From positions 733 through 64,732 of the forward strand of contig JBEKCO010000003.1 of the NCBI GenBank assembly GCA_050014835.1: a stretch of 64,000 nucleotides of DNA, given 5' to 3'. This document shows positions 63,258 through 64,000 of this stretch, piece by piece (position 1 is the stretch's first letter; every line of letters starts with the position of its first letter). A program made the position numbers and the translations under genes. Below the pieces are notes generated by a model. It was not told where the DNA came from, did no database searches, and saw only the letters and a list, made by a program, of their open reading frames with translations. The DNA is from Acidimicrobiales bacterium. GTDB lineage: Bacteria > Actinomycetota > Acidimicrobiia > Acidimicrobiales > Bog-793.

Positions 63258-64000
63258 ATGCCTCCGTTCGCCCCCGAGCCGGTAGGTACGCGCCCCCCCG
63301 ACGACGCCACGACCTGGACCGTCGAATCCTGGCGGTCGCGTCCCGCCGAGCAGGGGCCGGAATGGCCGGATTCAGCCGAACTTGGGCGCGCTCTCGACGA
63401 GCTCGCCGCCTTTCCGCCGCTCGTCTTCGCGGGCGAGACGCGTCGACTGATCGAGACGCTCGGTCACGTGGCCGATCGCCGGGCCTTCGTCCTCCAGGCC
63501 GGCGACTGCGCGGAGTCGTTCAGCGAGATCAACGCCGACGCGATCCGCGACAAGCTGAAGGTGATCCTCCAGATGGCCGTCGTGCTCACGTACGGGTCCG
63601 GTGTCCCCGTCGTGAAGATCGGTCGCATCGCGGGACAGTTCGCCAAGCCCCGCTCTTCGCCCACCGAGTCGTTCGGCGACGGGGAGATCCCGTCGTTCCG
63701 GGGCCACATCGTCAACGACGACGCGCCGAGCCTCGAGGCGCGCCGCGCCGACCCGTTCCGGATGATCGACGCCTACCGGCACGCCGCGGCGACGCTCAAT
63801 CTGGTGCGCACCTTCACGAAGGGCGGCTTCGCGGCGCTCGGACAGGTGCACTCCTGGACCCAGGAGTTCGTCGCCACGAGCCGCGAGGGCCTCCGCTACG
63901 AGGAGACCGCCCAGGCGATCGACCGCGCCCTGCGATTCCTGGGGGCGTGTGGCGTGAACCTGGAGTCCGACACCCCCACCCAGCAGGTCGACCTGTTCAC
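63258..64000 (+). CDS. Class II (plant/AroH-type) 3-deoxy-7-phosphoheptulonate (DAHP) synthase, 5' part (runs off the window)
   Basis: Not in the ORF track because there is no stop in the window. My translation from ATG 63258 reads MPPFAPEP...WRSRPAEQGPEWPD...FVLQAGDCAESF...KIGRIAGQFAKPRS...FRGHIVND. These are hallmark class II DAHPS motifs. Confidence 0.8.
   Translation, partial: MPPFAPEPVGTRPPDDATTWTVESWRSRPAEQGPEWPDSAELGRALDELAAFPPLVFAGETRRLIETLGHVADRRAFVLQAGDCAESFSEINADAIRDKLKVILQMAVVLTYGSGVPVVKIGRIAGQFAKPRSSPTESFGDGEIPSFRGHIVNDDAPSLEARRADPFRMIDAYRHAAATLNLVRTFTKGGFAALGQVHSWTQEFVATSREGLRYEETAQAIDRALRFLGACGVNLESDTPTQQVDLF

Overview
High-GC Actinomycetota-type chromosomal segment (spot counts of single 60-nt lines give about 73% GC in the backbone).

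Backbone, about 18.6-64 kb. This part is ordinary, syntenic housekeeping DNA:
- a PafB/PafC-like pair of WYL regulators and typA
- an envelope-glycan cluster: a SpoIID-like protein, several GT1/GT4 glycosyltransferases and a Wzm/Wzt-type ABC exporter
- a secreted beta-propeller protein, clpP and tRNA-Leu(UAG)
- threonine aldolase, a hydrolase and an aminotransferase
- an SbcD/SbcC-like pair and VKOR + DUF929
- the conserved block ispG-rseP-dxr-cdsA-frr-pyrH-tsf-rpsB
- xerC, an MtrA/MtrB/LpqB-like module, rsfS, nadD and a partial class II DAHP synthase

Mobile element, left 18 kb. This is the notable part.
- A 17,148-bp Cas1 + family-B DNA polymerase self-synthesizing transposon (casposon) occupies 944..18091.
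- It is bounded by 32-bp imperfect terminal inverted repeats (28/32 identical) and a 14-bp target-site duplication.
- It sits exactly in the His-triad codons of a TrwC/MobF relaxase gene. The two halves (18574..18092 and 943..1) rejoin in frame when the element plus one duplication copy is removed in silico.
- There is no cas2 and no CRISPR array in the window.
- The core (3335..10026) encodes PolB, an HNH nuclease, small HTH proteins and a Cas1 that carries a zinc ribbon and a C-terminal HTH.

Cargo. Both arms carry lower-GC genes that read like a defence island:
- a controller-regulated, AhdI-like R-M system with a Type-I-like M+S methyltransferase
- an ABC-type ATPase plus a TOPRIM-like protein, in a PARIS/OLD/RloAB-like arrangement
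- a membrane-embedded NERD protein
- an EVE/PUA-like protein
- a divergent pair at the left end: an Mrr-like nuclease and an unknown 410-aa protein with an Rx4H motif

Limits. No rRNA genes were seen. Many long ORFs in the track are Arg/Pro/Gly-rich antisense or out-of-frame shadows typical of high-GC DNA and were not annotated. All functional calls come from motif recognition by eye, with no database search.
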